DNA of 64,000 bases from Ignavibacteriota bacterium (lineage in GTDB: Bacteria > Bacteroidota > Ignavibacteria > UBA10030 > CAVZMI01), in assembly GCA_963776275.1 (NCBI GenBank), contig CAVZMI010000008.1, positions 1 through 64,000 on the forward strand, given 5' to 3'. The notes under the pieces were generated by a model. It was not told where the DNA came from, searched no databases, and was given only the letters and a program-made list of their open reading frames with translations. A program made the position numbers and the translations under genes. Each line of letters begins with the position of its first letter. Position 1 is the stretch's first letter. Positions 9,860 to 19,652 of this stretch are shown in pieces.

Positions 9860-10846
9860 CTACCTTGCGATAGCCGCAATTGAATCCACCGAGTGCAAGA
9901 AGTCGCGCACAACTTTTATGTTCTCGTCGTGTGCGTCCCATGGTGTCAAGTGGGCCGAGCCTGCGAGCACGACTACCTTGGCGTCAGGCGTTAATGACGC
10001 AAATCGCTGAATAGTCTTCGGGTTCGCTTCATCGAACTCGCCCAGTGTGTACAACACAGGGACTTTGATCTGTTTGAGAAACGGTGTGGCGTCGTAGTTC
10101 TTCAGGGTTCCCGTAATGGTGAACTCACTCGGCCCCTGCATATAGTTGTAGATCGACTCGTTGAACGTGGACATCGTGCTATCCATATCGGCCTGCACTG
10201 GATGCCGCACCACATATTTCCCCCAGTATTCGTTAAGTGCATTCTGGTACGACGGATCATCGTACTTACTTGCTTTTTCTGCCTTGCGAATCGCGCGCTG
10301 TGAGGAATCCGAAAGTGTCGTGACCAATTGTTTTGCGTCTTTTTCCCAAGCCGGAATGTCCAGTGCTGCACTGCCCAGCGTGAGACTCGCGACGTACTTA
10401 GGGTGCACCTTGTAGTATTCGACTGCCAGGATAGTTCCCCATGAATGCCCGAAGACATGCCACTTGTCAATGCCTAGATAAGCACGAAGCGAATCGAGTT
10501 CACGAACAAAGTGCTCGATGCTGAACATTGCAGTATCGGTGATCTTGTCCGACTTACCTCCGCCGAGTTGGTCGTATCGAACAACTTGCCGATCGTTGCC
10601 CAGATCCTCAAATGGTTTCAGATAGTAGCTTGAGTATCCCGGGCCACCGTGAAGAAGAACTATAGGTGTTCCTTTGCCTGTCCCTGAAACCTTGTACCAG
10701 ATGCTGCCTCCGTGTACTGCAAGACGCCCCTCACAAACGGGAAGCGGCTTTGGGGGTTCTGGTTTCCTGGCACATGAACCAAGGAAAACAGTTAAGGTGA
10801 GTAGGACAAGGACTTTTACCAAGTGTGTCAGATTGAAATTCTTCAT
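9860..10846 (-). CDS. Proline iminopeptidase (alpha/beta hydrolase), lipoprotein
   Basis: HGGPG, YDQLG, GHSWG, MQGPSEF, GEFDE; lipobox LGSC. Confidence 0.9.
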   Translation of the reverse strand: MKNFNLTHLVKVLVLLTLTVFLGSCARKPEPPKPLPVCEGRLAVHGGSIWYKVSGTGKGTPIVLLHGGPGYSSYYLKPFEDLGNDRQVVRYDQLGGGKSDKITDTAMFSIEHFVRELDSLRAYLGIDKWHVFGHSWGTILAVEYYKVHPKYVASLTLGSAALDIPAWEKDAKQLVTTLSDSSQRAIRKAEKASKYDDPSYQNALNEYWGKYVVRHPVQADMDSTMSTFNESIYNYMQGPSEFTITGTLKNYDATPFLKQIKVPVLYTLGEFDEANPKTIQRFASLTPDAKVVVLAGSAHLTPWDAHDENIKVVRDFLHSVDSIAAIAR

Positions 10847-10910
10847 AGGATTTTCCTAAAGGTTGTGTGATGATGATTACCCGCTTGTAATCAAAAAGTA
10901 AAACAATTGC

Positions 10911-11020
10911 ACCCAACGTCCAACAAATGGTGACGTTGCCGCCTATATAGTCTCTTTCACATAGTCAGCGGCAATGTGGCGCAGCCCGGAGCGAAGCGGA
11001 GCACCATTTGTTTGTTGGCG
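10911..11020 (-). mobile_element. attC site (110 bp), best preserved in the array
   Basis: Minus strand CGCCAAC-AAACAAATGGTG...CACCATTTGTTGGAC-GTTGGGT, starting 5 nt after a stop; inner stem TTGCCGC/GCGGCAA. Confidence 0.8.
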
Positions 11021-11025
11021 GCTGT

Positions 11026-11217
11026 TTACTTGGTGACATATTCCATCCATATTTCCTCTTGCGCGTTCTTCTTCAATGCTGAAGCCCATGGATGGGCGAA
11101 AGTATTTCCTCTTTTAAAATCTCTCTTTACTTCAAATCCCATTATCCCGTTATAGAATTCCTGCATCACATCCATATCTCTGACGACTAGTGCAAAATGC
11201 CTGATCTTTATTATCTT
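11026..11217 (-). pseudogene. VOC/glyoxalase family fragment
   Basis: IRHFALVVRDMDVMQEFYNGIMGFEV without a start codon, abutting the CHAT gene stop. Confidence 0.55.
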
Positions 11218-11222
11218 TCTGA

Positions 11223-14200
11223 TTAATGAGCTCCAACCAAAACAAATGGTGCCCAGAAAAACGGGTGCGCATAGGATATCTTTCCAGACGGATGATCTGG
11301 ATAGGAAGCTGTCTGTAAACGCAGCCACTGTTTCGCATTGCGCAAAGCCATCACATTAGATTCTTGCTTATCCATTCGATTGCGAAATAGCGTGCTGATA
11401 AGGTGCTGGGTAGACTGACTACCAACTGACCAATGACTAACAATCAGGTTTTGTGCGCCGGCAAACATGAACGCCCGTGTCAGACCAAGGAACCCTTCAC
11501 CCTGTATGGAACTCGAAGTATCCCCCGCCGTCTCGCAGGCCGATAGAACTACAAGTTCGGCAGAAAGGTGCAATTCCATTACTTCCGATGCTGTCAACAA
11601 TCCATCGTCCGGTCCTTTATCGATACTGTTTTCGTATCTGGTCAGTGCAAGGCACGGTTCCTGGATGCCGTTGTCTTCGGTAGGCATGATCCCGTGGGTG
11701 GCAAATAAAAGAAAACGTGTTGATGACAGCGGGGCTTTGTTGACGAGTATCTCCGCGGCACGATTACCAAGATATAAATCTTCAGCTTGAGCTTTGGTAA
11801 TTTGAGCAACTTCCATTGCTTCCGTCCGGGTATCTTCAAGGCGGTTGAATACTATATCCTGGGGACGCTTTTTATAGACGATAAGGCGGGGTTTTCCGCT
11901 TGAATCCGGTGCGTCAGATTTAACCGTATAGCGTATTGTTCTGAGACCTTCATTGAGTTGCTCAAAGTCGGGATCTGCAAAAGCTATAAAACTCTTATCC
12001 CATTTCGTTGATACGGGCTGAGTCCGAAAAGCGAGGAAGGCCGCCAGCGAGGGGATATAACTGATAGTATACGCCTCATCCACTAAATAACGCACACCCG
12101 CATACTCCGATAAAAATGGCGACTTAGATTTATCGAAAGAATCGCTTTTTTCTGGTATCGATGTGACTAGCATTTCCAAAGGGAATGTATATAGGGCATC
12201 ATCAGGAATGACAATTATTTTCGCAATTGACTGTAGGTACTTGTTTATGGGTTGGAAAAGGATACGATAGAGCGCCTCGGCTTTAGCAGGTTCAAATCGA
12301 CATAGGTCATTAAAACTCTCCACCTGCCGGACGCCCTCGAGGACACTTAGTACCTGTTCCCGCAGATCCTTCCTGCTTATAGGAATAGTCTCCCATCCAA
12401 ACTTATCACAGGTGAGGACAAAAATAATCAACTGATTATAACCAACCCGGTAACTGAGTAATGCTTCATTTTTATCCAAAAGTGCCTGTGCTGTCGGAAT
12501 ACTACTCAATGCAAGTTCTTCGTGATAGAGCTGCGGTAGTTTCTTAAGAATCTTTTGTGATAGATCCAGTAACTGACTGTCAATCTGCGCTATTTCCAGC
12601 TGCAAAGATAGCACAAAGGCAGATTGCAATGAGCGATGTTCCTGCTCGATTGCATGTTTCTTTAAAAACAGTGTATTATATCGGTCGATTTGCTCACGTA
12701 TTTCTTTGGGGATTGATGATGACCGGGATGACAGGTAGCGAGTCATTATTTTTTGAAAATTTATCGACTTGCCCTCTTCTGATACGATAAATGCACGTCT
12801 GGCATAAGTAGGATCGCCGCTTTTTTGTGCAGCACGCAGCAAGATGTCCCCGAATGATTGACAATTGGCCCGAAATAATGATTGAGCAAGATTCAAATGT
12901 TTATTATCAGAAAGAAGCTCTCCATAGGCACGTTTCATTTCTTGATCATAAATGGCAGCGAATTCATTAACAGCTTCAACGGGTTTGCCCTGCTTGTCAA
13001 GGATGTTGCTACGAACAACTTTTTTAATACTTTCCGCCAATTCTGCATTTCCATTCGGAAAGGTCTTTTCCATCTCGTTTAGACACTTTGCAGCTTCGAC
13101 ATATTCATTTGTTTCGACATAAGCTTCTGCCATTTTGAACAAGGTGACGGTAATGTGCTGCGCAATGCCGAGTTTCCGTTGAAGCTCCAATGCGGCAGTG
13201 TAGTCCTGCAATGCTGCACGGAAGTCGTTCTGCTTTTTGCGGAGATCACCTCTAAGGCCATGCGCCTTAGCTTTTCCACGAAGGTCACAGGGAAGCTCTC
13301 CGTCTAATACCCTTTTAAGAAACGTGTCAGCTTGTTCCTGTTTGTCCATGAGTAGCGATATCTCTGCAATGTAGAGAGCAATATTTGCCGCATCGGGATG
13401 AGAATTTTCGGATACAGCCTGATTAAATGCATCTGATAAAAACAATTCACATTGTTCGATATCGCCGTTGTTTAAATAGGCCTCGGCGATTTGCTGCATA
13501 ATCTGCATTTTAGTAAAAGATGCTTTAGCATCCTTGATACAGGTGTACCCCTCCCGAAGCGTCTGCAGCGCCTCAACCGATTGATTGAGTGAATTTTCGG
13601 CATAAGCAAGCCCTAGACACACAACGGCGATTGCATCTGGGTTTTCTGTTTCACGAGCTAAAACGAGTGCTTCCGTGAAATATTTTTTGGCTGAATCAGC
13701 CATATCAGCAGCCTGATAGGGTGTGGCAATGAAAGCCATGATCGAAGCACGTTCAGTCAAGGAGCCCTTTCTTTGTGTAATGCTTTTTACAGGCTCAAGA
13801 AATTCATTAACAAGTTGTTTGTCACCCTGTTCTCCGGCTATGCCTGCCAGCTTGCATGCCGATTTAAAAATAAAAAATTCTTCATCGGCATTTAGCTCTT
13901 TTATTTTGACAATATCCTGCCAATAGTTCAGTGCTTTCTCCTTTTCTCTCGCAGCAATAGCAGTTTCGACCAGACCAAGAAGGGCTATCGCAAGGGCTCC
14001 TTTTCCGAGAGAATCTCTTTTTGCCGAATGTAGACATCGTTCATAGTATTTTTCTGAAAGTGCATAGTTGCCAACCTCTCGTTGTGCTTTACCCGCATTA
14101 CCAAAAACGGCATAGCTTGCTTGGGGATACGCTACACGATCCACTAGATCCGCAGCACGAGTAATGATCTCCAGCGCTTCCCTGGTTGCAGGTTCTTCCG

Positions 14201-14756
14201 GATTCAGTTTACTCAACACACTAAATCGTTCGTTCAGAGAAAGGAGTTCGATCTCCTTGTCGCCCAGTTTCTTTGCACCAACAATACTCTTTCGCAGCAG
14301 CGAGTCAGCCTCAAGGTACTTACCGCTGTTGAGTGCTATGCGGCTATCATCATACCATTTGCGTGTTTCCAGATATTCTCCGCAACGATTGGCCGGCAAG
14401 GAAAGGATGGAATGTACATTCGATCGTATTGCCGGGCTGCTATAACCTCGGGCGTACTCATCCGCCAGCGAATAAGCCGTCGCTAGAAATGGTCCATCTG
14501 ATGACATTTGGCAACGCATTTGCATTATCATCCTGACAGCAAGTTGGGTCGCTTCATACAAGGCAACTTGATTGACCTCATTTATCATGTCGTGCATTTT
14601 TAAGGTATCGTTGGCTTTTTGGGCTGCAGAGTACTTCTCTAAAAACCATTGCAGCTGCTGCTCATAGCTGTATTGAGCAGATGCAGGCGCAACAAGCAGC
14701 ATGGCAAGCAACATCGTTAGAAACGGTGCTAGCAAACGAGATGCCATGATTTTCAT
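11223..14756 (-). CDS. Secreted TPR-CHAT (caspase-like) protease
   Basis: Signal peptide; TPR-like helices; IPDDALY, FATHG (His), LSACET (Cys), HPFFWAPF. Confidence 0.92.
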   Translation of the reverse strand: MKIMASRLLAPFLTMLLAMLLVAPASAQYSYEQQLQWFLEKYSAAQKANDTLKMHDMINEVNQVALYEATQLAVRMIMQMRCQMSSDGPFLATAYSLADEYARGYSSPAIRSNVHSILSLPANRCGEYLETRKWYDDSRIALNSGKYLEADSLLRKSIVGAKKLGDKEIELLSLNERFSVLSKLNPEEPATREALEIITRAADLVDRVAYPQASYAVFGNAGKAQREVGNYALSEKYYERCLHSAKRDSLGKGALAIALLGLVETAIAAREKEKALNYWQDIVKIKELNADEEFFIFKSACKLAGIAGEQGDKQLVNEFLEPVKSITQRKGSLTERASIMAFIATPYQAADMADSAKKYFTEALVLARETENPDAIAVVCLGLAYAENSLNQSVEALQTLREGYTCIKDAKASFTKMQIMQQIAEAYLNNGDIEQCELFLSDAFNQAVSENSHPDAANIALYIAEISLLMDKQEQADTFLKRVLDGELPCDLRGKAKAHGLRGDLRKKQNDFRAALQDYTAALELQRKLGIAQHITVTLFKMAEAYVETNEYVEAAKCLNEMEKTFPNGNAELAESIKKVVRSNILDKQGKPVEAVNEFAAIYDQEMKRAYGELLSDNKHLNLAQSLFRANCQSFGDILLRAAQKSGDPTYARRAFIVSEEGKSINFQKIMTRYLSSRSSSIPKEIREQIDRYNTLFLKKHAIEQEHRSLQSAFVLSLQLEIAQIDSQLLDLSQKILKKLPQLYHEELALSSIPTAQALLDKNEALLSYRVGYNQLIIFVLTCDKFGWETIPISRKDLREQVLSVLEGVRQVESFNDLCRFEPAKAEALYRILFQPINKYLQSIAKIIVIPDDALYTFPLEMLVTSIPEKSDSFDKSKSPFLSEYAGVRYLVDEAYTISYIPSLAAFLAFRTQPVSTKWDKSFIAFADPDFEQLNEGLRTIRYTVKSDAPDSSGKPRLIVYKKRPQDIVFNRLEDTRTEAMEVAQITKAQAEDLYLGNRAAEILVNKAPLSSTRFLLFATHGIMPTEDNGIQEPCLALTRYENSIDKGPDDGLLTASEVMELHLSAELVVLSACETAGDTSSSIQGEGFLGLTRAFMFAGAQNLIVSHWSVGSQSTQHLISTLFRNRMDKQESNVMALRNAKQWLRLQTASYPDHPSGKISYAHPFFWAPFVLVGAH

Positions 14757-14808
14757 AACCTCGGTGACTCCTAACTAGTCAGTCAATTTGGATTTTCTGA
14801 AAATTTCT

Positions 14809-15810
14809 TTAACGCAGTTCAATAATCTGTTTTCTCCAGTCAAGCAATTGCTTCCCTGCAGCCTCAACTGACTCGACTGATTCGGCCAGGCGTCCTATTA
14901 AAACGCGCATGCGAAAAACAAAAGACTGGAAGGTCGCTGTGTCCCAAAAACGTTCCTGTTGGGCCTGATTCAAAAAATCGCGTATCCAGCTATCAACCAG
15001 ATAATCAGGTAACAGTGTCAGGTTTTGAAAAAGGTGTCTTTCGCTGCTGAGATGATCAAGGTCCTCAGGATTCCGAACCGAAATAATATAGGGTCCGGAT
15101 AACGTATTGTTATCAATTTTGTTCAGAATCATTTCGGCACGTGTGTAATTATAGTTATTTAAAACCCATCGGCCAGCATTCAGAAAGGCATCCTGTTCTT
15201 TCATAGATAAGTAATATTGAGGTACTTTTTCATTAACCATTATTAGAAAAGTATTAAGCTCTTTTTGGGGAATATATTCGGAAAGCGCTTCAATGTCGTT
15301 TAATTTAAGAACCGCAGCAATAATCCGGCAGTATTTCTCTTGGTCAGAATCGCTGGGGCGCCGCATCAAGAGATAACTGTATAATCCAAATCCTTGCTGT
15401 TCAACATTTTTTCCCACTAAAAATGATTTGCCGGTGATTCGTTTTTCACCTCGCAAAATCAGGGCACGGGAACTAACCACAACCCTGACGCTACATAGTA
15501 AATTGTTATTAATCATTGCCCGCGCATAATATACGCCGGGCTCTGCCGGTCCAATATACCAACTGGTTTCTCCGGCTTCTTTTAATGAAATAGTACCTAT
15601 ATCAACATGCCATGCCGGATTGTTTCGGGCTGTTTCCTTAGTATACCTAAATTGGAGCACAGTGGAGTCATTAGCAGAAAGCGCAACGCGATCAGCGCTG
15701 CACATGCACGGTGGTTCTGCCGCCAGACTGTCCGGCTCGGCATGCACATTTTGCCCAATTACCGCGAGGAAAATGACGCCTATCCACCTCGAACAGTGTT
15801 GCATTTTCAT
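14809..15810 (-). CDS. Secreted hypothetical protein
   Basis: Signal peptide ending VHA; 333-aa ORF coupled to the upstream ORF by an ATGA overlap. Confidence 0.7.
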   Translation of the reverse strand: MKMQHCSRWIGVIFLAVIGQNVHAEPDSLAAEPPCMCSADRVALSANDSTVLQFRYTKETARNNPAWHVDIGTISLKEAGETSWYIGPAEPGVYYARAMINNNLLCSVRVVVSSRALILRGEKRITGKSFLVGKNVEQQGFGLYSYLLMRRPSDSDQEKYCRIIAAVLKLNDIEALSEYIPQKELNTFLIMVNEKVPQYYLSMKEQDAFLNAGRWVLNNYNYTRAEMILNKIDNNTLSGPYIISVRNPEDLDHLSSERHLFQNLTLLPDYLVDSWIRDFLNQAQQERFWDTATFQSFVFRMRVLIGRLAESVESVEAAGKQLLDWRKQIIELR

Positions 15811-16070
15811 TTATTTGTTTTTCCTTTCCGTATAATTATAATAATCCGATCCACCATAAATATAATCGCAATTATGACTAACATTATTGTACAAATTTCC
15901 ACAACTCTGAGCGGCATGGACATGATCTGAAAAAAGAGCGTCACAAGTATGGATAGAACAATGACAATAATTGCCTGCTTGGTGATCTTTTTCATTCCGT
16001 GTGTTGTATTTTTCCTTTTCTTCATTCCCAAACCCTTTACATATATAGTTATGGTCTCGTGTTTGTTCAT
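15807..16070 (-). CDS. Small two-TM membrane protein
   Basis: Two hydrophobic segments; stop overlaps the next start. Confidence 0.45.
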   Translation of the reverse strand: MNKHETITIYVKGLGMKKRKNTTHGMKKITKQAIIVIVLSILVTLFFQIMSMPLRVVEICTIMLVIIAIIFMVDRIIIIIRKGKTNK

Positions 16071-16514
16071 ACTGTTTGGTCATCAATCAAACTGACCAGA
16101 TATGATTATTAATGTATAATTTGTAAATATTCGCTCCGAATTGTACAAAATGTTCATGATTATTTTTGCCATCACACGTATTCTCTGTTTACCGGTCATA
16201 TCAAGAAAAATACTAAATGTACGCAAACATTTCCAGGAATATCTTTATGTCCTTAAGCTTCGGATACAGCTACAAACCCAACAGCACCATCCTGAAATCT
16301 CTATTCCCTGCATTTAATAATTGTTCCAGTGCCAAATTCCTATTTTTTATCTTCTTTATCTCTTTGAGAAATGATCCGGTAAGCACTGCCTTCTTTAATT
16401 GCCTTTACAGTCGCCAGCAGTCAGTTCCTTCATCTTCAAGAGATGTTAAAATTGTTTCTTTCATCTTTCTTCCAGCCATGGACGGCTGGTTTTTAGAGAG
16501 AGTACTACAATATC

Positions 16515-17588
16515 TTATGTCACCATGAAATAGATACCATTGTCCTTAGAACTTGGAAAATAGATCTTATCGCTTTGGGGCTCAACAAAGCGCAGTTTCA
16601 AATCATCGTTAATCATCCAATTAATTGCATGGTGAACCGGTTCGCTTCCAGTGCCATTCATATGGAGTCCAGTACCCCACAGCATTCCGCAACAGGCAGC
16701 TGCGCGCCGCTGTTTATCCTCGTATGAATTTTTATTGAACTCAGCTTTTAACACAAAGGCAAAATCATCACAATCAAATTTTTCTGCCGTCCAATTGTAT
16801 GTATCGACCGTAGTGCTCGCGATGACCGCTTTAGCTTCCTCCAGCGGATAGCAGAAATAGGTTACGTCACCCAAGTACAATTTGAAATTTGAGGTTGTTT
16901 TACCATTAAGCCCATTTTTAATGATGCACTCGGCTTCCGATGAAGTAATATATGAGCGCCCCAGTCCGGGCCAATTGTCGACTATCGATTTTGGATACCC
17001 GGGGTCGACTTTATCCGTATTTATATCGAAACGGATGTATTCGTCGCCCTTGAAAAAAAAGGCTTTTCCATTGGGCCATAGAATGGCCGCATCAATACCC
17101 GATGCAAAACTGTCTGGGAACCCGACCCAACCGGTCTTGATCAGCTTTGGATATCCTGAATCGACCTTATCTTCCTCAACATCGAAACGGATATATTTGT
17201 TGCCCTTGAATAAAAAGGCTTTACCGTTGGGCCATAGAATAGCCGCGTCAATACCAGATGCAAAACTGTCCGGTAATCCGTGCCAAAAGGTTTTGTTGAA
17301 AGGTTTTGGATATCCAGTATCGACTTTATCCTTCTCAACATCGAAACGGATATACTTGTCGCCCTTGAAAAAAAAGGCTTTACCGTTGGGCCATAGAACT
17401 GCCGCGTCAATACCAGATGCAAAACTGTCCGGCAATCCATGCCAAAAAGTTTTGTTGAAAGGTAATGGATATCCAGAATCGACGCTGTCATTCTCTATGT
17501 CATAGCGAAAGTACAGGTTATTTCGGAAGAAAAAAGCTTTACCGTTGGGCCATACTAGCGCCGCATCAACTGGGAATTTCGCTACCAT
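16515..17588 (-). CDS. Hemopexin-repeat protein fused to an agglutinin C-terminal (MOA-type) cysteine protease-like domain
   Basis: Four DAA..WPNGKAFFFKG..YIRFD..VD.GYPK repeats; FDCDDFA, HAINW, FVEPQ. Confidence 0.8.
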   Translation of the reverse strand: MVAKFPVDAALVWPNGKAFFFRNNLYFRYDIENDSVDSGYPLPFNKTFWHGLPDSFASGIDAAVLWPNGKAFFFKGDKYIRFDVEKDKVDTGYPKPFNKTFWHGLPDSFASGIDAAILWPNGKAFLFKGNKYIRFDVEEDKVDSGYPKLIKTGWVGFPDSFASGIDAAILWPNGKAFFFKGDEYIRFDINTDKVDPGYPKSIVDNWPGLGRSYITSSEAECIIKNGLNGKTTSNFKLYLGDVTYFCYPLEEAKAVIASTTVDTYNWTAEKFDCDDFAFVLKAEFNKNSYEDKQRRAAACCGMLWGTGLHMNGTGSEPVHHAINWMINDDLKLRFVEPQSDKIYFPSSKDNGIYFMVT

Positions 17589-17648
17589 TGTAAGCCTCCT
17601 ACTTTTAGTAAATAATTAAAACTGTAATGTTTTTGTTGTATGTTTCCT

Positions 17649-17957
17649 TCAGTTCAAACGAGATTGGCATCCTACTATTTTGGTGTCATTTTTACCTATG
17701 CCAAAAACCACATCAACATTTGTCAGAATGCTTCGATATTCACTCCTTTCAGTTAGTTCAAGAAAAATTGAAGAAAGAAGAAGTACCGCTTCTTTCTGGT
17801 CAAACACCGGAGATAATACTATTTTTCTCCTTTCTTTTTTCACAAAACATGATTCATTGTCTTGTTTTATTCTTTTCTTAGCTGCCGCTTGTAATTCATT
17901 GTGGTTCACAAATTGCAGCCAACTTGTACAACAATGCATTGCGTTGTTATTTTTCAA
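17649..17957 (-). CDS. Hypothetical protein
   Basis: ORF co-oriented with the cluster; start uncertain. Confidence 0.3.
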   Translation of the reverse strand: MKNNNAMHCCTSWLQFVNHNELQAAAKKRIKQDNESCFVKKERRKIVLSPVFDQKEAVLLLSSIFLELTERSEYRSILTNVDVVFGIGKNDTKIVGCQSRLN

Positions 17958-17962
17958 AGCTG

Positions 17963-18068
17963 ATTATCCTTAGAGTCCCATCATGAGGTTTGCGCGATTA
18001 AATTCACAAAATCTATATCGATTCATCATCGATCTCAAATTCGGTTAGTATGTGGGAAGCGTTATTCT
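17963..18068 (-). promoter_or_regulatory. 106-bp duplicated promoter-like element, copy 2
   Basis: Minus strand TTGAGA (18038-18033), 17 bp, TAGATT (18015-18010), overlapped by the palindrome ATCGAT-N5-ATCGAT. Confidence 0.7.
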
Positions 18069-19082
18069 TAGCGGAATAGTAATACAAATATTGTGAAGAT
18101 GCAAATGAGGGGTTGAAATGGTGATGAATAATGCGGATTGCGGAATGCAGAATTCGGACTTGTCCGCCGAAGCCCGTTTTTCGGGCGTAGGCGGAATGGT
18201 TGAAAACGAATGAAATGGCTAAGGAATTAGTGTACATGGTTTATGGTCGATTAGACCTGTTCAAAATAGCTTTTATAAAAGAACAGTGTTAATGGTGTCA
18301 CTTTCTTTTTGAAAAGCCCCGTGCTACTGAAAGAACATGTCTTAGTCCTCCACAAAACGAAGACGGGACGATATATCGAAAGTGACAGAAAGAAAACAGG
18401 CACCTAGAGGTACTGCGCACAGATAATAATATCTAAGTCCGTTAATATGCGCTGACAAAATCGTTGGAGTGCCCGCTTCGCCGAGCCCGTCCCGCTCGCA
18501 TCGACGGTAGCCGCATCCACCGGAGGACCACCTTCAGGGGGGGACGACAGTATTTTAATATCATCATGTAATTCCTGGGCGAAGGCATGGATCTACTTTA
18601 CTTTTTTCAATGGCTGTCTAGGGTAACACAAAGGACACTGCGCCAGAGGCGCATGCGCCTCCGGCGCAAAAGTACTATGAAAATGGCTATTCGTGAGGAC
18701 ACGGAGAAGAATTTATACTTTGTGACCTCAAAAATGGCTTTGCTTAATGTTCTCTGGGTACTCTGTGTCGGTGACCCTACAATTATTCATCTAAAAAATG
18801 GGTCACAGCACCGTAAATCGTCTTTCATCCCAGCGGTGTTATATTTTTCGTTACGTATTTATTTACTATCTGAAAAAGCAATAACTGATCAAAATAGTCA
18901 CATTTGACAATTTAAAATTAAGATGCTTCAAAAATTATATTTAGGAGGGATTTTCAATATTTCTTAAATTATTTTGGATAGTCATGATAGTCTGTATTTT
19001 ATCAATGAACGAATTACGGCATTTTGCGGGTTAATTATACGCTTTGCATTCGAAAAAGATTTTTGTAACTTTATGCATTTTT

Positions 19083-19163
19083 CACTATGATACAAATGTC
19101 GTCTTTATCAGATTTATCGGCACGCACAAGCAGTATGATAACATTGATCCGGAGATTATATGA
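19083..19163 (+). pseudogene. higB: HigB toxin C-terminal remnant
   Basis: HYDTNVVFIRFIGTHKQYDNIDPEII* overlaps the higA start (ATGA); in-frame stop at 19032 and no upstream homology. Confidence 0.8.
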
Positions 19164-19531
19164 GAATAAATATTAAAAAAGCCATTAAACCGATCAAGAC
19201 GGAAAAAGAGTACAAATATGCACTCACGTTGATCGAAAAACTTATGGATGCAAAAAAAGGGTCATCAGACTCAGATCTGTTGAATGTCATTACACTGCTT
19301 GTCGAAAAATACGAGGAAAAGTACTATCCGATTCCACAACCCGATCCGATCGAAGCGATCAAATTCAGAATGGAGCAGTTAGGCCTCACTCAAAAGGATA
19401 TTGCCGATATCATCGGCAGTAAAAGCCGTGCCTCTGAAATCCTTAGCGGGAAAAGAAAACTCACCGTGGAAATGATGAAAACACTCCATTCAGCTTTAGG
19501 TGTACCGGCTGAATCTCTCTTAGGTGCTTAG
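19160..19531 (+). CDS. higA: HigA antitoxin (HTH)
   Basis: IKPIKTEKEY..LVEKYEEKYYPI..DPIEAIKFRMEQ..SEILSGKRKLT. Confidence 0.9.
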   Translation: MRINIKKAIKPIKTEKEYKYALTLIEKLMDAKKGSSDSDLLNVITLLVEKYEEKYYPIPQPDPIEAIKFRMEQLGLTQKDIADIIGSKSRASEILSGKRKLTVEMMKTLHSALGVPAESLLGA

Positions 19532-19595
19532 TCCATATCTAATGATATATTGCACCTCAATCACTTTTCTCGTATATTACTTAATAATTCTTCCG

Positions 19596-19627
19596 TCCCG
19601 TCTCGGTATATAGGCGGGATTTCTTTT
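19596..19627 (+). terminator. Intrinsic terminator-like hairpin
   Basis: TCCCGTCT/AGGCGGGA followed by TTTCTTTT. Confidence 0.55.
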
Positions 19628-19652
19628 ATGCTGTATTCTTACATAACTATAA

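Noticed and set aside
18070-19080. Integrase gene or remnant at the head of the array
   Set aside because: No tyrosine-recombinase motifs are recognisable; the region holds heptamer repeats, hairpins and AT-rich DNA
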